The notes below the pieces were generated by a model. That model was given only the letters and a program-made list of their open reading frames with translations, did not search any database and had not been told where the DNA came from. A stretch of 64,000 bases of DNA from Candidatus Latescibacterota bacterium (lineage in GTDB: Bacteria > Latescibacterota > CBDEFO01): positions 4,064,001 to 4,128,000 of the forward strand of contig OZ252149.1 of the NCBI GenBank assembly GCA_965248755.1, read 5' to 3'. Position 1 is the first letter of the stretch. Every line of letters starts with the position of its first letter. The position numbers and the translations under genes are program-made. Positions 11,140-22,832 of the stretch are shown here, in pieces.

Positions 11140-12696
11140 ATGTGTAGCAAAAGGGTTGTAAGACACTATTTCTATCTTTTAGTGCCAATATTTGTTGTAT
11201 TAGCAAATATACTTGGCCGAAATGTTCAGGCGCTGACATCTGATAGGCGATCCCCTAATGTTCTTTTGATAGTAATGGATACGGCAAGGCATGATCGTTT
11301 ATCCTGCTACGGCTATCACCGTGATACGACACCTAATATTGATAAGATAGGAAAGGAAGGTGTTGTCTATGAAAATGCTATATCCGCTGCTATTTGGACA
11401 CTCCCTTCGCACGCTTCCATATTCACAGGAATGTATCTGAGCAAACACGGCGTAACCGGTGAGCACAAGTATTTAGATGACAGATTTGACACCATAGCGG
11501 AGGTCTTGAAATCACAGGGATACAGAACAGCGGCGTTCTCAAATAATCCTTACGTTGCAAAATGGTCTAACTTAACTCAGGGATTTGATATGTTCTGGCA
11601 ATTAAAGCGGAGTAAAAATTGGTGGAAAATTGAAGATCTTAACAAGGAAGAGCTTGAGCGTCTAAAGAGGAATCTTAAGGATAGATTCACTTCATTTAAG
11701 ATGCCCAAAACAAAGGATGCAGGTGCGTATATATCTAATTTAAAGATTATAGAGTGGCTTGAGACAGAATACGATCCAGAAGTCCCATTTTTTATGTTTA
11801 TCAATTATATAGAACCACATGCTTCCTATGAGCCGCCCGGCCCTTACGACACAATCTATTTGGATGATGGAATTACAGCGGAAAGGGTAAAAGAGGTCAC
11901 AAGAAAAATTAATTGGGGACGGAGCTGGGCAGGATACATTACGGGCAAGATTAAAATGAGGGACAGGGATTTTGAGATATTATCATCCTTATATGACGGT
12001 GAGCTTGCCTATCTTGATATGAGGATGGGGGAGCTTTTTGACTATCTGCGCCAAAAGGACATTCTGGATAACACCCTTTTGATTATCACCTCGGATCATG
12101 GCGAACACATTGGTGAAAACAAGATGATGAATCATGTATTTTATATCTACGACACTCTCCTTCATGTTCCTTTAGTAATAAGGTATCCTTCGTCCTTTCC
12201 ATCTGGGACAAGGATCAGACGACAAGTTCAATTAACAGACATATTCCCGACTATATTAGATGTTTTGGGGATAAGTTTTGATGGATCAGATGAGCTTCAA
12301 GGATATAGCCTCATCCCATCCAAACTTGATAAACACGCTCGACCGTTCGCTGTCGCTGAAAAATTGGTCTTGCCCTTTGCGCTGGATATATTACAAAAAG
12401 CTAATGCTAGTTTTGATATTTCTCCATACTTATGTCGAAGGAAGACCATTCGCACAGAAGATTTCAAATATATCTGGTCGTCAGATGACAGTGAAGAACT
12501 TTACAACATAAAGAACGGTTCTGGCGAGTTGAACAATATCATCGAGTCTCACCCTCAAAAGGCAGAACAGCTTCGTCAGAAGCTACAAGATTGGTTATCC
12601 TCCTTTGAGCACTACAAGGCTGTAGGTGATGAGCCTGTGTCAGAGGTGGACAAAGAGACTCTAGAAAGGCTCAAAGATTTAGGATATGTCCAATGA
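11140..12696 (+). CDS. Exported sulfatase-fold (alkaline phosphatase superfamily) protein, Thr motif
   Basis: N-terminal hydrophobic segment; PNVLLIVMDT, WTLPSHAS.FTG, YIEPH, YDGE, SDHGE and VPLVIRYP. Confidence 0.88.
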   Translation: MCSKRVVRHYFYLLVPIFVVLANILGRNVQALTSDRRSPNVLLIVMDTARHDRLSCYGYHRDTTPNIDKIGKEGVVYENAISAAIWTLPSHASIFTGMYLSKHGVTGEHKYLDDRFDTIAEVLKSQGYRTAAFSNNPYVAKWSNLTQGFDMFWQLKRSKNWWKIEDLNKEELERLKRNLKDRFTSFKMPKTKDAGAYISNLKIIEWLETEYDPEVPFFMFINYIEPHASYEPPGPYDTIYLDDGITAERVKEVTRKINWGRSWAGYITGKIKMRDRDFEILSSLYDGELAYLDMRMGELFDYLRQKDILDNTLLIITSDHGEHIGENKMMNHVFYIYDTLLHVPLVIRYPSSFPSGTRIRRQVQLTDIFPTILDVLGISFDGSDELQGYSLIPSKLDKHARPFAVAEKLVLPFALDILQKANASFDISPYLCRRKTIRTEDFKYIWSSDDSEELYNIKNGSGELNNIIESHPQKAEQLRQKLQDWLSSFEHYKAVGDEPVSEVDKETLERLKDLGYVQ

Positions 12697-12767
12697 GACA
12701 AGCACCGTTTATGAACAGTTGACCGCGTCATTGCCTCTTGACACTAGTAAATCAGGGAGAGGATGCT

Positions 12768-14204
12768 GTGTCCAGCAGTGAAACAAAGCTGTCTGTTGTG
12801 ATTCCTGTCTATAACGAGATTAACTTTATAGAAGAGATCATAAGCCGGGTTAAGAGGGTCAATATTCCCAAAGAGATAATAGTTGTGGACGACTTCTCCA
12901 CAGACGGGACAAGAGAACTGCTGAAGGAAATAGACTCACCTTGCGGTCACGATAGCGATGGGAATGAAATAAAGGTGATACTGCAGGAGAAGAACATGGG
13001 TAAAGGCGCTGCTTTGAGGAGAGGTTTTCAGGAGGCTACAGGCGATATAGTAATCATTCAGGACGCTGATCTTGAGTACGATCCCAATGACTACCATAAG
13101 TTAATTGCGCCTATCTTGAGCGGAGACGCCGACGTCGTGTATGGATCCAGATTCACAGGTACTCCCAGAAGAGTGCTCCTTTTGGGACACATGCTTGGCA
13201 ACAAGTTCTTAACTTATCTATCTAATCTATTTACAAATATGAACTTGACCGACATGGAGACGTGTTATAAAGTCTTCAGATCCGACGTTATAAGGAGAAT
13301 AGACATAACATCTAATCGCTTCGGCTTTGAGCCGGAAGTGACAGCCAAGATAGCCAAGTTAGGATGCCGCGTCTATGAAGTCCCTATCTCCTACCACGGA
13401 AGAGAATACTGGGAGGGTAAGAAAGTAGGATGGAAGGATGGGATTTCAACCTTATGGGCTATCCTTAAGTATGCCTTTTGGTGTTCTGAGAGTGACATCG
13501 AATATGAAACTTTATGCAATTTGTCCAAAGCCGCCAGATTTAACAGATGGATGTATAGTGAAATCAGGCCGTTCGTAGGCGCAAGGGTCCTGGAGGTAGG
13601 AGCAGGCATCGGCAATCTAACAAAGCATCTGGTCGGTCGCGACTTGGTAGTAGCCACTGACGTTAATAAACACTATTTAGACATTTTAAAGAGAATCTTC
13701 AAAAACTATGGCAGGGTGAGGATTGAACAACTGGACGTGAGCTGTTTTGAGGTCGAGCATTTTAAGCAGTACTCTTTGGATACAGTAGTTTGCCTCAATG
13801 TCCTGGAGCATATAGAGGATGATGTAAATGCTCTCAAAAAGGTCTTTGACGTTCTGGAACCGCAGGGAAGATTAGTTTTGCTGGTGCCGGCGGGAAAATT
13901 TCTTTATGGCTCGCTGGATACGAATCTTAACCATTTTAGGAGGTACGACAAGGAAGAGATAAAGTATAAAATGGAGTCGGTGGGTTATGAAGTCGAAAGA
14001 ACCTTCTATTTCAACCTAGCTGGCGTGCTGGGCTGGCTTATGAACGGACGGATTGTAAGGAGTAAGAAGATACCATCTTTGCAGCTAAAGCTTTACAACT
14101 TTCTGTTGCCGCTGTTTAAGCTTGAGCAGTTTCTCAAAATTCCCTTCGGACTGTCCTTAGTGGTTATAGGGGGTAAAAGAGAGGCTCAAGCTGGGACGTT
14201 ATGA
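12768..14204 (+). CDS. Bifunctional GT2 glycosyltransferase / class I SAM methyltransferase
   Basis: IPVYNE, DDFSTDG, QDADLEY and DMETCYK, then VLEVGAGIG and [12 protein letters not shown] start with GGAGAGG upstream. Confidence 0.9.
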   Translation: MSSSETKLSVVIPVYNEINFIEEIISRVKRVNIPKEIIVVDDFSTDGTRELLKEIDSPCGHDSDGNEIKVILQEKNMGKGAALRRGFQEATGDIVIIQDADLEYDPNDYHKLIAPILSGDADVVYGSRFTGTPRRVLLLGHMLGNKFLTYLSNLFTNMNLTDMETCYKVFRSDVIRRIDITSNRFGFEPEVTAKIAKLGCRVYEVPISYHGREYWEGKKVGWKDGISTLWAILKYAFWCSESDIEYETLCNLSKAARFNRWMYSEIRPFVGARVLEVGAGIGNLTKHLVGRDLVVATDVNKHYLDILKRIFKNYGRVRIEQLDVSCFEVEHFKQYSLDTVVCLNVLEHIEDDVNALKKVFDVLEPQGRLVLLVPAGKFLYGSLDTNLNHFRRYDKEEIKYKMESVGYEVERTFYFNLAGVLGWLMNGRIVRSKKIPSLQLKLYNFLLPLFKLEQFLKIPFGLSLVVIGGKREAQAGTL

Positions 14205-14272
14205 CAAAACTGATAGTACTTGTTCGTTTGATCGGCTAAACAAAACGCGTTATTTTGAGGGGGCCTTATATA

Positions 14273-15850
14273 ATGTCCAACAAAAAGAGATACTATCTTT
14301 TGGTGATGACAATATTTGTTGTGGTAGCATATATGAAGTTCGTCCGAGATGTTCAGGCGCTAACATCTGATAAGCGATCCCCTAATGTTCTTTTAATAGT
14401 TATGGACACGACAAGGCACGATCGTTTATCCTGCTACGGTTATCACCGAAATACAACGCCCAATGTCGATAGAATAGCAAAAGAAGGAGTCCTCTATGAA
14501 AATGCTATATCTCCTGGTATGTGGACGCTCCCTTCACATGCATCTATGTTCACCGGGTTGTATCCGAGCAAACACGGCGCAACCAGCGAACACATGTATC
14601 TAAACGACAGATTTGACACTATAGCGGAGGTCTTGAAATCACAGGGATACAAAACAGCGGCATTCTCAAATAATCCTGTCGTTGCAAAATGGAGTAACTT
14701 AGTTCAGGGATTTGATATGTTCTGGAAGCTAAAGTGGAGCAAAGAGTGGTTTAAAGTTGAAGATCTTAGCAAGGAAGAGCTTGAGCGTTTAAAGAGAAAT
14801 CTTAAGGATAGATTTACTGCATTCAAGAGTCCCAATGCAAAGGATGCAGGTGCATATATATCCAATTTAAAGATTATAGAGTGGTTTGAGACAGAATATG
14901 ATCCTAAAGCCCCATTTTTTATGTTTATCAATTACCTAGAGCCACATATTCCCTATAAGCCGCCCGTTCCTTACGATACATTCTATTTGGACGATGGGGT
15001 TACAGCAGAAGAGGTAAAAAAGGTTACAAGAAAAATTGATTGGGGAGCGAGCTGGTCAGGATATATTGCGGGGAAAATTAAAATGACCAAGAGTGATTTT
15101 GAGATAATATCATCTTTGTATGATGGCGAGATTTCCTATCTTGATATGAGGATGGGAGAGCTTTTCGATTATCTGCGTAAAAAGGATGTCCTGGATAACA
15201 CACTCTTGATTATCATCTCAGACCACGGCGAATACATCGGCGAGCACCATAGGACAGCGGGCAAGCAAGAAAGGTCTGCAATGATACATCACGGATTTTA
15301 TATCTACGACAATCTTCTCCATGTTCCATTGATAATAAGGTATCCTTCGCTTTTTCCATCTGGGATGAGGATCAAAAAGCAAGTTCAAACCACGGACATA
15401 TTCCCGACTATACTGGATGTTTTGGGAACAAGTTTTGATAGATCAGATGAGTTTCAAGGATATAGTCTCATCCCGTCCAAGCTCGATAAACACCTCCGAC
15501 CGTTCGCTGTTGCTGAAAAATATATCTGGCCAGATGCTCTGGGAAGGTTACAAAAGGCCAATGCCAGTTTTGATATTTCTCCATACTTATGTCGAAGAAA
15601 AACTATTCGCACAGAAGATTTAAAATACATCTGGTCGTCCGACGGTAGTGAGGAACTTTACGACATAAAGAACGATCCTGAAGAATTGAACAACATTGAG
15701 TCTTATCCCCAAAAGGCAGAAGGGCTTCGCCAGAAGCTACAAGATTGGTTATCTTCCTTTGAGCACTATAAGGCGATCGGTGATGAACCTGTGTCAGAGG
15801 TGGACAAAGAGACACTGGAAAGGCTTAAAGATTTAGGATATGTTCAATAA
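14273..15850 (+). CDS. Exported sulfatase-fold protein, close paralogue of 11140-12696
   Basis: Same motifs (WTLPSHAS); long near-identical stretches; extra segment RTAGKQERSAM. Confidence 0.88.
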   Translation: MSNKKRYYLLVMTIFVVVAYMKFVRDVQALTSDKRSPNVLLIVMDTTRHDRLSCYGYHRNTTPNVDRIAKEGVLYENAISPGMWTLPSHASMFTGLYPSKHGATSEHMYLNDRFDTIAEVLKSQGYKTAAFSNNPVVAKWSNLVQGFDMFWKLKWSKEWFKVEDLSKEELERLKRNLKDRFTAFKSPNAKDAGAYISNLKIIEWFETEYDPKAPFFMFINYLEPHIPYKPPVPYDTFYLDDGVTAEEVKKVTRKIDWGASWSGYIAGKIKMTKSDFEIISSLYDGEISYLDMRMGELFDYLRKKDVLDNTLLIIISDHGEYIGEHHRTAGKQERSAMIHHGFYIYDNLLHVPLIIRYPSLFPSGMRIKKQVQTTDIFPTILDVLGTSFDRSDEFQGYSLIPSKLDKHLRPFAVAEKYIWPDALGRLQKANASFDISPYLCRRKTIRTEDLKYIWSSDGSEELYDIKNDPEELNNIESYPQKAEGLRQKLQDWLSSFEHYKAIGDEPVSEVDKETLERLKDLGYVQ

Positions 15851-15861
15851 AAAAGTATAAG

Positions 15862-18616
15862 GTGAACATCAAAAGACACATAAACGATTATATCAGAGGG
15901 CATCACCTATGCTATGATGACCTTATAATTGTTTTGCTATTTCTCCCCTTAACACTGTTATTTGTTGTTGAATTAATAATGTCCTTAGATTGGAGAATGG
16001 CCCATGATACCCCTTTACTTCATTATGTCGCGTTCCTCGCAGACCATTATAATTATGCCTTATATAAAGACGTGTTTGATTTTAACATGCCAGGTGCGGT
16101 TTTGTTCCATTTATCCATAGGAAAGCTTCTTGGGTATGGGGATCTGGCATTCAGACTTACCGATATAGCTTGGTTGTGTGCACTATTGTTTGTAACCTGG
16201 GGTATTATGAGTCAATTTGGCAAACGGGTAGCTTGGGCCAGTGTTATCTTATTCGGTTTGTCATATTTTCAACATGGTCCAGCTATGAGTTTGCAACGGG
16301 ATTACGTTGGTATGCTTCCAATTGGTATGGCTATTTTTATAGTGATTTCTCGGCCTCAACTCAGTCTTTCTATTCGAGCTTTTCTCGTAGGTATCCTTTT
16401 CGGTATATCAGCTACTATCAAACCTCCTCTGGTTATCGGGTTACCTTTAGTTTTATTCTTCCAATGGAAGCAGACATACCGAACTAATACTGATGAGATA
16501 CCTATTACATCACCACTTTCAATTGCGTTGTCAATCAGCTTCTTTTCTTTTTTAGGCTTTGCAGTACCGATGTTTGGTTCCATTCTTTGGCTATGGCGGC
16601 AAGGTTCATTGCCATATTTATGGGAGATATATTCGTCATATCTACCATTGTATTTAAGCTTAACCGGTGAACACAAGACAATCTTTGGAATAGATCGGTT
16701 AAAATATCTAATAGAATCATATCTACATCTGGGTGGACACTCTACTTGGCTTATACCAGCGTGTTTGGGACTTTTTATCGCTTCCTTTGATGCAATGTAC
16801 TGCCCCCCAGAAAAGCGACATCAATTAAGCAACTTGGGGTAGCAGATAAAATTGTTTTCTCCACTCTTCCGGGGTCTTGTATCCCAGGGATGAATGAAGC
16901 CTGTTCTTGTTGTAATTATCGATCCACTGAGATATGATCTTCTCAGCTTGTTCAAAGGACTTGAAATTGTGAAGCCACACACACTCCTGCTTGAGGGTCC
17001 TGAAAAAACGTTCTATGACCCCGTTCCAATCGGCCTTTCCGCTCGGAATATATTCTTGACGAATGTCCCAATATTCGGTACTTGCCAAATAGGTCCGAGA
17101 CAAAAAGATGGAGCCGTTGTCAGAGCGCAAAGTGAGACCCTGGGGGACAGCCTCCTTGGAAGTGTATCGAGAGATCACGGCCCGATCCAGGGCATCTGTG
17201 GCCTCCAGTGCCCTCCCTTTTCGACTAAAACGATACCCAGGAACCTCCCGGCTTCCGTTGTCCACCACCGCAATAAGAGGACACCAACCATCTTTTCCAC
17301 AGTAAATCTTTGTCAAGTCACTCGACCACAAACTGTCGGGACTATCCACCACAGAACGCTTCTGGGCAACCTGTGGCCCCTTTCTCCCGGGACGATTCCA
17401 CAGCTTACACTGCCACCCCTTAAGCTTCATTATCCTATGAACCTTCTTAACGTTGACACATTCCCCTTCCTTGAAACGAAGATGCGCCCAAACCCGCCTG
17501 TGACCAAATGCCTCTTCTTGGTCCAGTATCCCTCGAATACGAAAAGCAAGCTCCTCATCTATCACAGGCTCTTTAACAGAAGAACTGACACCTCTATCCC
17601 TAAACCTATACAGAGTCGAACGATGCAAACCCAAAGCCAAAGCTACCACCTTGCGGGAATAGCCTCGACCCAAAAACCGCCCACTCAAGGCAACCGCTTC
17701 GTTTTTTTTAGACGGGCTACCTCTTCGAGTATCTCCAACTGGAGCGTCAACTGCCCTACCTTGCGCTCCAACCGGCTAACCTCTCGCTCCTTCGGATCCT
17801 TGCGACCACGCCGAGACTTCAGACTCTCCTGGCCCCCTTCTAAGAAACTATCACGCCAAGCATACGCCTGCGACTGGCTAATTCCATTCTTACGACACAC
17901 CTCAGATAGATCTGCTCCTCTCAAAAGAGCCAACACAATCTCTCCCTTACGGGTCGCCGTCCAGCGCTTACCATCTTTCACTTCGGGGCTCGACACCTTG
18001 ACCTCCCTTCTCAAACCCCAATTTGCGAAATATTTGTCGCTCTGTCAAGGGGAGCGGTATGATGATCCTTGTGCGAGTGCCAAGCCAGCATAGCTCATCA
18101 TATAGGCGACTTTTTCCAATCTTTGTACTGATACTAACTTTGGTCTTAGTGTTGCGTCCTTCATCGGACTTTTATCGACAGGTTAGAGGTCTTCCACCTG
18201 TCGCACCGAGACGCGGTCGTGTTGATAAGATTGCAGATTTCCAAAAATTACACGTGGAACCGGGTGATAAAGTTCAGCCTCTGGATTGGACGGGGGGGGT
18301 TGTACATGCAATGCTTCTATCAAGGGTGGAAATAGCCACGCCTTTTATATACGATTTTCATTTTTATCATCATATTTCGAATCCATACATTCAAACATTA
18401 CGCAAGCGATTTATGCAAAAACTCAAAGAAGCAGCGCCTCGATATGTTATTGAAATCGTCCATAGATACAAACCGTGGGTTTCTGGTTTAGATACGACCA
18501 GGAACTTTAAGAAATTAGGGCGTCTACTTAATGCTGATTACTTGGTGAGGATCAAGGGTAATGGATATGTGATCTATGAAAGGACGCGAAAAAAAGCAAA
18601 AGTCGTAAATCAATAG
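15862..18616 (+). pseudogene. GT-C-like membrane protein interrupted by IS copy 5 (fragments 15862-16795 and 18062-18616)
   Basis: HDTPLLHY, DFNMPG, QRD and TIKP in the 5' part; soluble C-terminal part after the IS; the halves do not rejoin in frame. Confidence 0.75.
16796..18061 (-). mobile_element. IS3-family element, copy 5 (complete, mosaic; orfB 16825-17688, orfA 17685-18014)
   Basis: 1266 bp with the same ends; flanks GCAA/ATGA do not match. Confidence 0.95.
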
Positions 18617-18718
18617 GGTATTATTAGAAGAAGCAAATTCATATAACAAGGTTTGGCAACTACAATTCGTTCCGACTAAAAATGTTTTCTATAGTCGTAT
18701 TCTTGGGACTATTGGAAG

Positions 18719-20632
18719 ATGAAGACTCTAGAATTTTATATCTCGATACACGCATTCCAGTCTAACAGAGCATTAGAATGGATTGTCAGGAGACGATACA
18801 GAGCCTATTCTATTCTATCGGCTGTCGTAGTTGTGATAGCCATATATTATCTGGTCGGGGTCTGGACCTCTGGTGGTCAAGCCGGCGTCCCGTTGGACGA
18901 TGCCTGGATACATTTTACATATGCCAGAAATTTAGCCGATTACGGTGAACTGTCCTTCAACAAAGGAGAACCGAGCACTGGGACGACGAGCTTCCTGTGG
19001 ACACTGCTTTTAGCGACGGGGTATTTAATCTCCAAGGATCCTCTGTGGACGTCAATCGTACTGAACATAGCCCTCTCAGCGTTATTGATTATTGTCCTGT
19101 ACGAATTGGGATCGGAGATCTACAGGGGGAGAATAATCGGATTTATCTTCGCTTTGGCCTGTGCTTTGATCGGCAATCTGATGTGGCTTACTCTGTCGGG
19201 CATGGAGACCATACTCTTCCTGTTTTTAGGGTTTTCTGCGCTCTTGTTCTACTCCAAAGAACGCTACAAATTGTGCGGAGCAGCTCTAGGGGCTCTGACT
19301 CTGACGCGTCCAGAGGGACTATGCCTGGTTCTAATACTTGCCATTACAGAATGGATCACAGTCAGAGAAAAAACCGAGAGGCGGAAGATAAATTTTAGCC
19401 TCCTTATTGCACCTTTGATCTGTGTTATGATCTATTTTAGCATAAATCTGCTCATTTCGGGCAAGTTTTTGACCAGCACATTTGAAGGGAGAAGGTGGTT
19501 AGCAAAGCAGGATCTTTCAGTCGATCTTAGCATCGCGAAGATGTTGAGCGAGAAATCGGGCATATTCCTCATTCTGAATAGATGGGTCTATCATCTTCGT
19601 AAATACTTATTCGGTCTCTTCTCCTGGATAAATATGCCCGGAAAATTCTTGAATAACGTATTTTTGTCGATATTCATTATACCGATTCTATCTGGCATCT
19701 ACATTTGTGCACTAAACTTTATAAAACATCTTAAAGAAACCAACACCCAGAGGCTAAAAAAGCTCCTGTTTTTACCTTTAGCCTGGGTTATAATATCGTA
19801 CATATCGCTCGATACTAATGTCTTTATGGACAATTTAATAACAATAATAGTATTGTATCTGTTCTTTCAACTCTGCTTACTGCGCGCCTTTGATTCAAAC
19901 ATTGTTTCTATTTCCAAAATAGGCACTGTAATGTACGTATGGTTTATTTTGCACAATTTAATGTATGCCGTGTTAATACCGTGGAAAGGACATGCTGGAA
20001 GATACCAAGCCATAAATCTGATCTTAGTGACATTCTTCTTAATTGCGGGAATTGCCCTTGTCTATAAAAAGATAAAGGATATGAAGAATATCAGATCGGC
20101 TATATTATTGAATTCTGTCTACTATATTGCAATCCTTCTAGTGACAGCGACATATGTGGGAAGCACTATCGAGTGGAGGGATTTATATATCTCCAGTGTG
20201 CTTCATATAAATAGAGTGCATGTCTCGACGGGAAAGTGGATAAACGAAAACATACCCAAGGATGCAGTACTTGCCGCTTATGACATAGGAGCTATAGGTT
20301 ATTATTCTCAAAGAGAGATCATAGATCTGGGCGGCTTGGTGGATCCATCCAGCATTCGCTACCTTTTTTCCGGAAATGCCCCAGAGTTTATGCGAAAGAA
20401 GAAGGCGACGCACCTGGCTATGGTTGAGTCCACATTGAAAAAGGTATCGTTAGGGGACCGAATGGGGATCTACAGACAAAATGGGAAAAAGTTCAAATTG
20501 ACCCCCTTGCACAACGCTGAGGTTCCAATAGATGAGTATCTGCCACACTGGCGAGCGACAGGAAACGCCTATCCCAAGATAGTCGTCTACAGAATCAAAT
20601 GGCTCAGCTCAAAAGATGGCTCCAGAAGATAG
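18719..20632 (+). CDS. GT-C-type polytopic membrane glycosyltransferase
   Basis: LDDAWIHFTYARNL, GTTSFLW, SGMET, TRPEG and DIGAIGYYS...IDLGGL motifs. Confidence 0.8.
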   Translation: MKTLEFYISIHAFQSNRALEWIVRRRYRAYSILSAVVVVIAIYYLVGVWTSGGQAGVPLDDAWIHFTYARNLADYGELSFNKGEPSTGTTSFLWTLLLATGYLISKDPLWTSIVLNIALSALLIIVLYELGSEIYRGRIIGFIFALACALIGNLMWLTLSGMETILFLFLGFSALLFYSKERYKLCGAALGALTLTRPEGLCLVLILAITEWITVREKTERRKINFSLLIAPLICVMIYFSINLLISGKFLTSTFEGRRWLAKQDLSVDLSIAKMLSEKSGIFLILNRWVYHLRKYLFGLFSWINMPGKFLNNVFLSIFIIPILSGIYICALNFIKHLKETNTQRLKKLLFLPLAWVIISYISLDTNVFMDNLITIIVLYLFFQLCLLRAFDSNIVSISKIGTVMYVWFILHNLMYAVLIPWKGHAGRYQAINLILVTFFLIAGIALVYKKIKDMKNIRSAILLNSVYYIAILLVTATYVGSTIEWRDLYISSVLHINRVHVSTGKWINENIPKDAVLAAYDIGAIGYYSQREIIDLGGLVDPSSIRYLFSGNAPEFMRKKKATHLAMVESTLKKVSLGDRMGIYRQNGKKFKLTPLHNAEVPIDEYLPHWRATGNAYPKIVVYRIKWLSSKDGSRR

Positions 20633-20673
20633 AGAGCATCTTTGCGGGGCAAATGGACCCAAGATAGGTCACT

Positions 20674-22121
20674 ATGCAGTCAGGCTTGAAAAGAGACATC
20701 ACCATAGCATCCGTATCGTTTACCCTCCCTATAAGGGTAAAATACATTTCCGTCATCCTTTCGATTCTGTTTGCGGGTCTTTTTATCGTTGGCTTTAGGA
20801 TTGTTACCGCTTATTTGATTGATACATATAGGCTAAAGTCTCTGTTGCTTGAACTGAAGGGTAAAAATATAAATGCCTATCCTCTATACGCAATGTATGA
20901 TCCTAATATCACTTCAAAGATCATCTTGCCTTTTCTATTTGCTCCCCTTTATTCTACGTCATACACAGAGTCTTAAAAAGAGGCATCAAAAACAGCAACC
21001 TTATATTAGCTCTCTTGGTATTGTCATCCTTTCTTCTGAACTTATGCGTCGCCTCTGTTGACGGAGATTTTGTCCAAGTTATAACGAAGACCTTCCAGCG
21101 AGATAAATTAGAATACTATGGAGATATAGGAAAGGTAAACGGAGAGTTTATTTTCGATTACGAGTCCCGATTAAAAGATCTTTCGCTCCATTCATCTACG
21201 CATCCTCCCGGACCAATTTTGTTCCTATGGTGTCTGTCAAGGCTGGGATTAGACGCATTCTGGTCCTCCCTATTCGTCGCTATCTTCGGAAGTCTAACCG
21301 TGGTTCCTATCTATAGGATAACCAGAAGACTATACGGAGAAAAGGGGGCCGATTTAATCTGTGTTCTCTATATACTGTCACCAAGTGTCGTTCTATACTC
21401 TGTAACGTCTATGGACGTAATGTTCATGTTTACAGCGGCGCTATCTGCGCTTTATTTCTTTAAGTGTCTGGAGAAATTCAAGTTGCTAAATTGCCTTGTT
21501 TTTGCCCTCTTATACTCGACAAGCCTTTTTATGACCTTTACCAATGGTCTTCTTGTAATATTCTTCCTTATGGTTGTCTGGCTGACTTTGAATCGTTCTG
21601 ACGTGCAGGATAAAGTTGATATTTATCGCTCCCTCTTTCTTATGGGTTGGTTTGTATTGCTGATCCATATTGTGCTATTGGCACTTTTCAACTATAATAT
21701 AGCTGAGGTATTTTTTAAGGCGAATGAATATAATCGACAACTCAAAGCCCCCTACAGAGCCTACGGATATTGGATTTTTGGAAATTGGGCCGACTTCTTC
21801 ACCTTTTTGGGGATTCCCATTGCAGGGTTCGTCCTCCATTACTGCCTTCAAATCCTTCAAGATTTGAAAGGAAAGGTTCTCCGAAGAGAAAACATCGCCT
21901 TTATAAGCATCGTGGCCGCTTTGCTTTTAATTGATATTTCCGGGATAATACGGGGAGAAGCAGGTAGAATATGGCTCTTTGCTTCTCCGGTATTGTTTGT
22001 ATCCATAGCTAACTTTGTTGAAAAAGTGACATCAGATAGTAATGTTATAGTATATGTCATAGTCGGGCTGCTCTTTATCCAGACTTTGGCTATGGAAGTG
22101 ATGTATGAAACTTACTGGTAA
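20674..22121 (+). pseudogene. GT-C-type membrane protein (HPPG motif) with a 1-bp frameshift near 20948
   Basis: THPPGP, SPSVVLYSVTSMD and GEAGRIW; the frame upstream of 21015 stays open (FYVIHRVLKRG...); one more T at 20948-20950 joins it to 20674-20976. Confidence 0.65.
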
Positions 22122-22139
22122 TTGAAGGGAGCATATGCC

Positions 22140-22826
22140 ATGTCTTTAGCTTTGCGTGTCCTTTTATTCCTCTTTCTGGCCGTTTCAGATACTACGGGTC
22201 AGGGAGAAGACAACGGCGTGAAAGTTGTAAACCCAGCAATCGACGGCTCAAAAATTCCAAGACCTTTCGATCTGCTCCTGAAGGCCGGCACTTATACCGT
22301 CACCTTGAACTCCCAGATGGAAAGCTGGGAGTTTCCTGTCAAAGAAGTCGTGATCTTTGCCAACTCCAAAGGTCGAACCTTCTGGAAGGTCCAGGAAGGC
22401 CTTCCCACAATAATGACGCTCACAAGAAGGGGGAAGACAGGAGTTAAAGTCCTTATACCCGAATTAGAACATAATATCACAGGCGAAGCAAACCTGACTT
22501 TTAAAAGGGGAAAGGAGGTGCAGACCTTGAAAGTGGAAGGCTTTGGGAACCTCTGGCCTTCTGATAACTCCGAATATCTCTACGTAGGTCCAGGAGTCTA
22601 TAGTTTCTCAACCGATTCCCATAGCGTTGTGCTCTGCGTTCCTGGCAACCAAGACCCTTATGGATGGTTCGAGATCGTAGAACGAGGTCTATCCAGTACC
22701 CTTGTAATCGATGAAAATGTCTCAAGGAGCAGAGTCTGGATATTTGTACCCAAAACTAAGAGGAGAAAGGCCACTGTGAGATTTATCAAGACGCAGGATA
22801 TCCACTCCCTTTTGGAGAGGTTCTAA
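22140..22826 (+). CDS. Hypothetical exported protein
   Basis: Signal-peptide-like start, GGGAG upstream, tight operon spacing. Confidence 0.7.
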   Translation: MSLALRVLLFLFLAVSDTTGQGEDNGVKVVNPAIDGSKIPRPFDLLLKAGTYTVTLNSQMESWEFPVKEVVIFANSKGRTFWKVQEGLPTIMTLTRRGKTGVKVLIPELEHNITGEANLTFKRGKEVQTLKVEGFGNLWPSDNSEYLYVGPGVYSFSTDSHSVVLCVPGNQDPYGWFEIVERGLSSTLVIDENVSRSRVWIFVPKTKRRKATVRFIKTQDIHSLLERF

Positions 22827-22832
22827 AGAAAT

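Noticed and set aside
11140..15850. Sulfatase pair as DGR template/variable repeats
   Set aside because: Whole-gene paralogues with differences not confined to adenines
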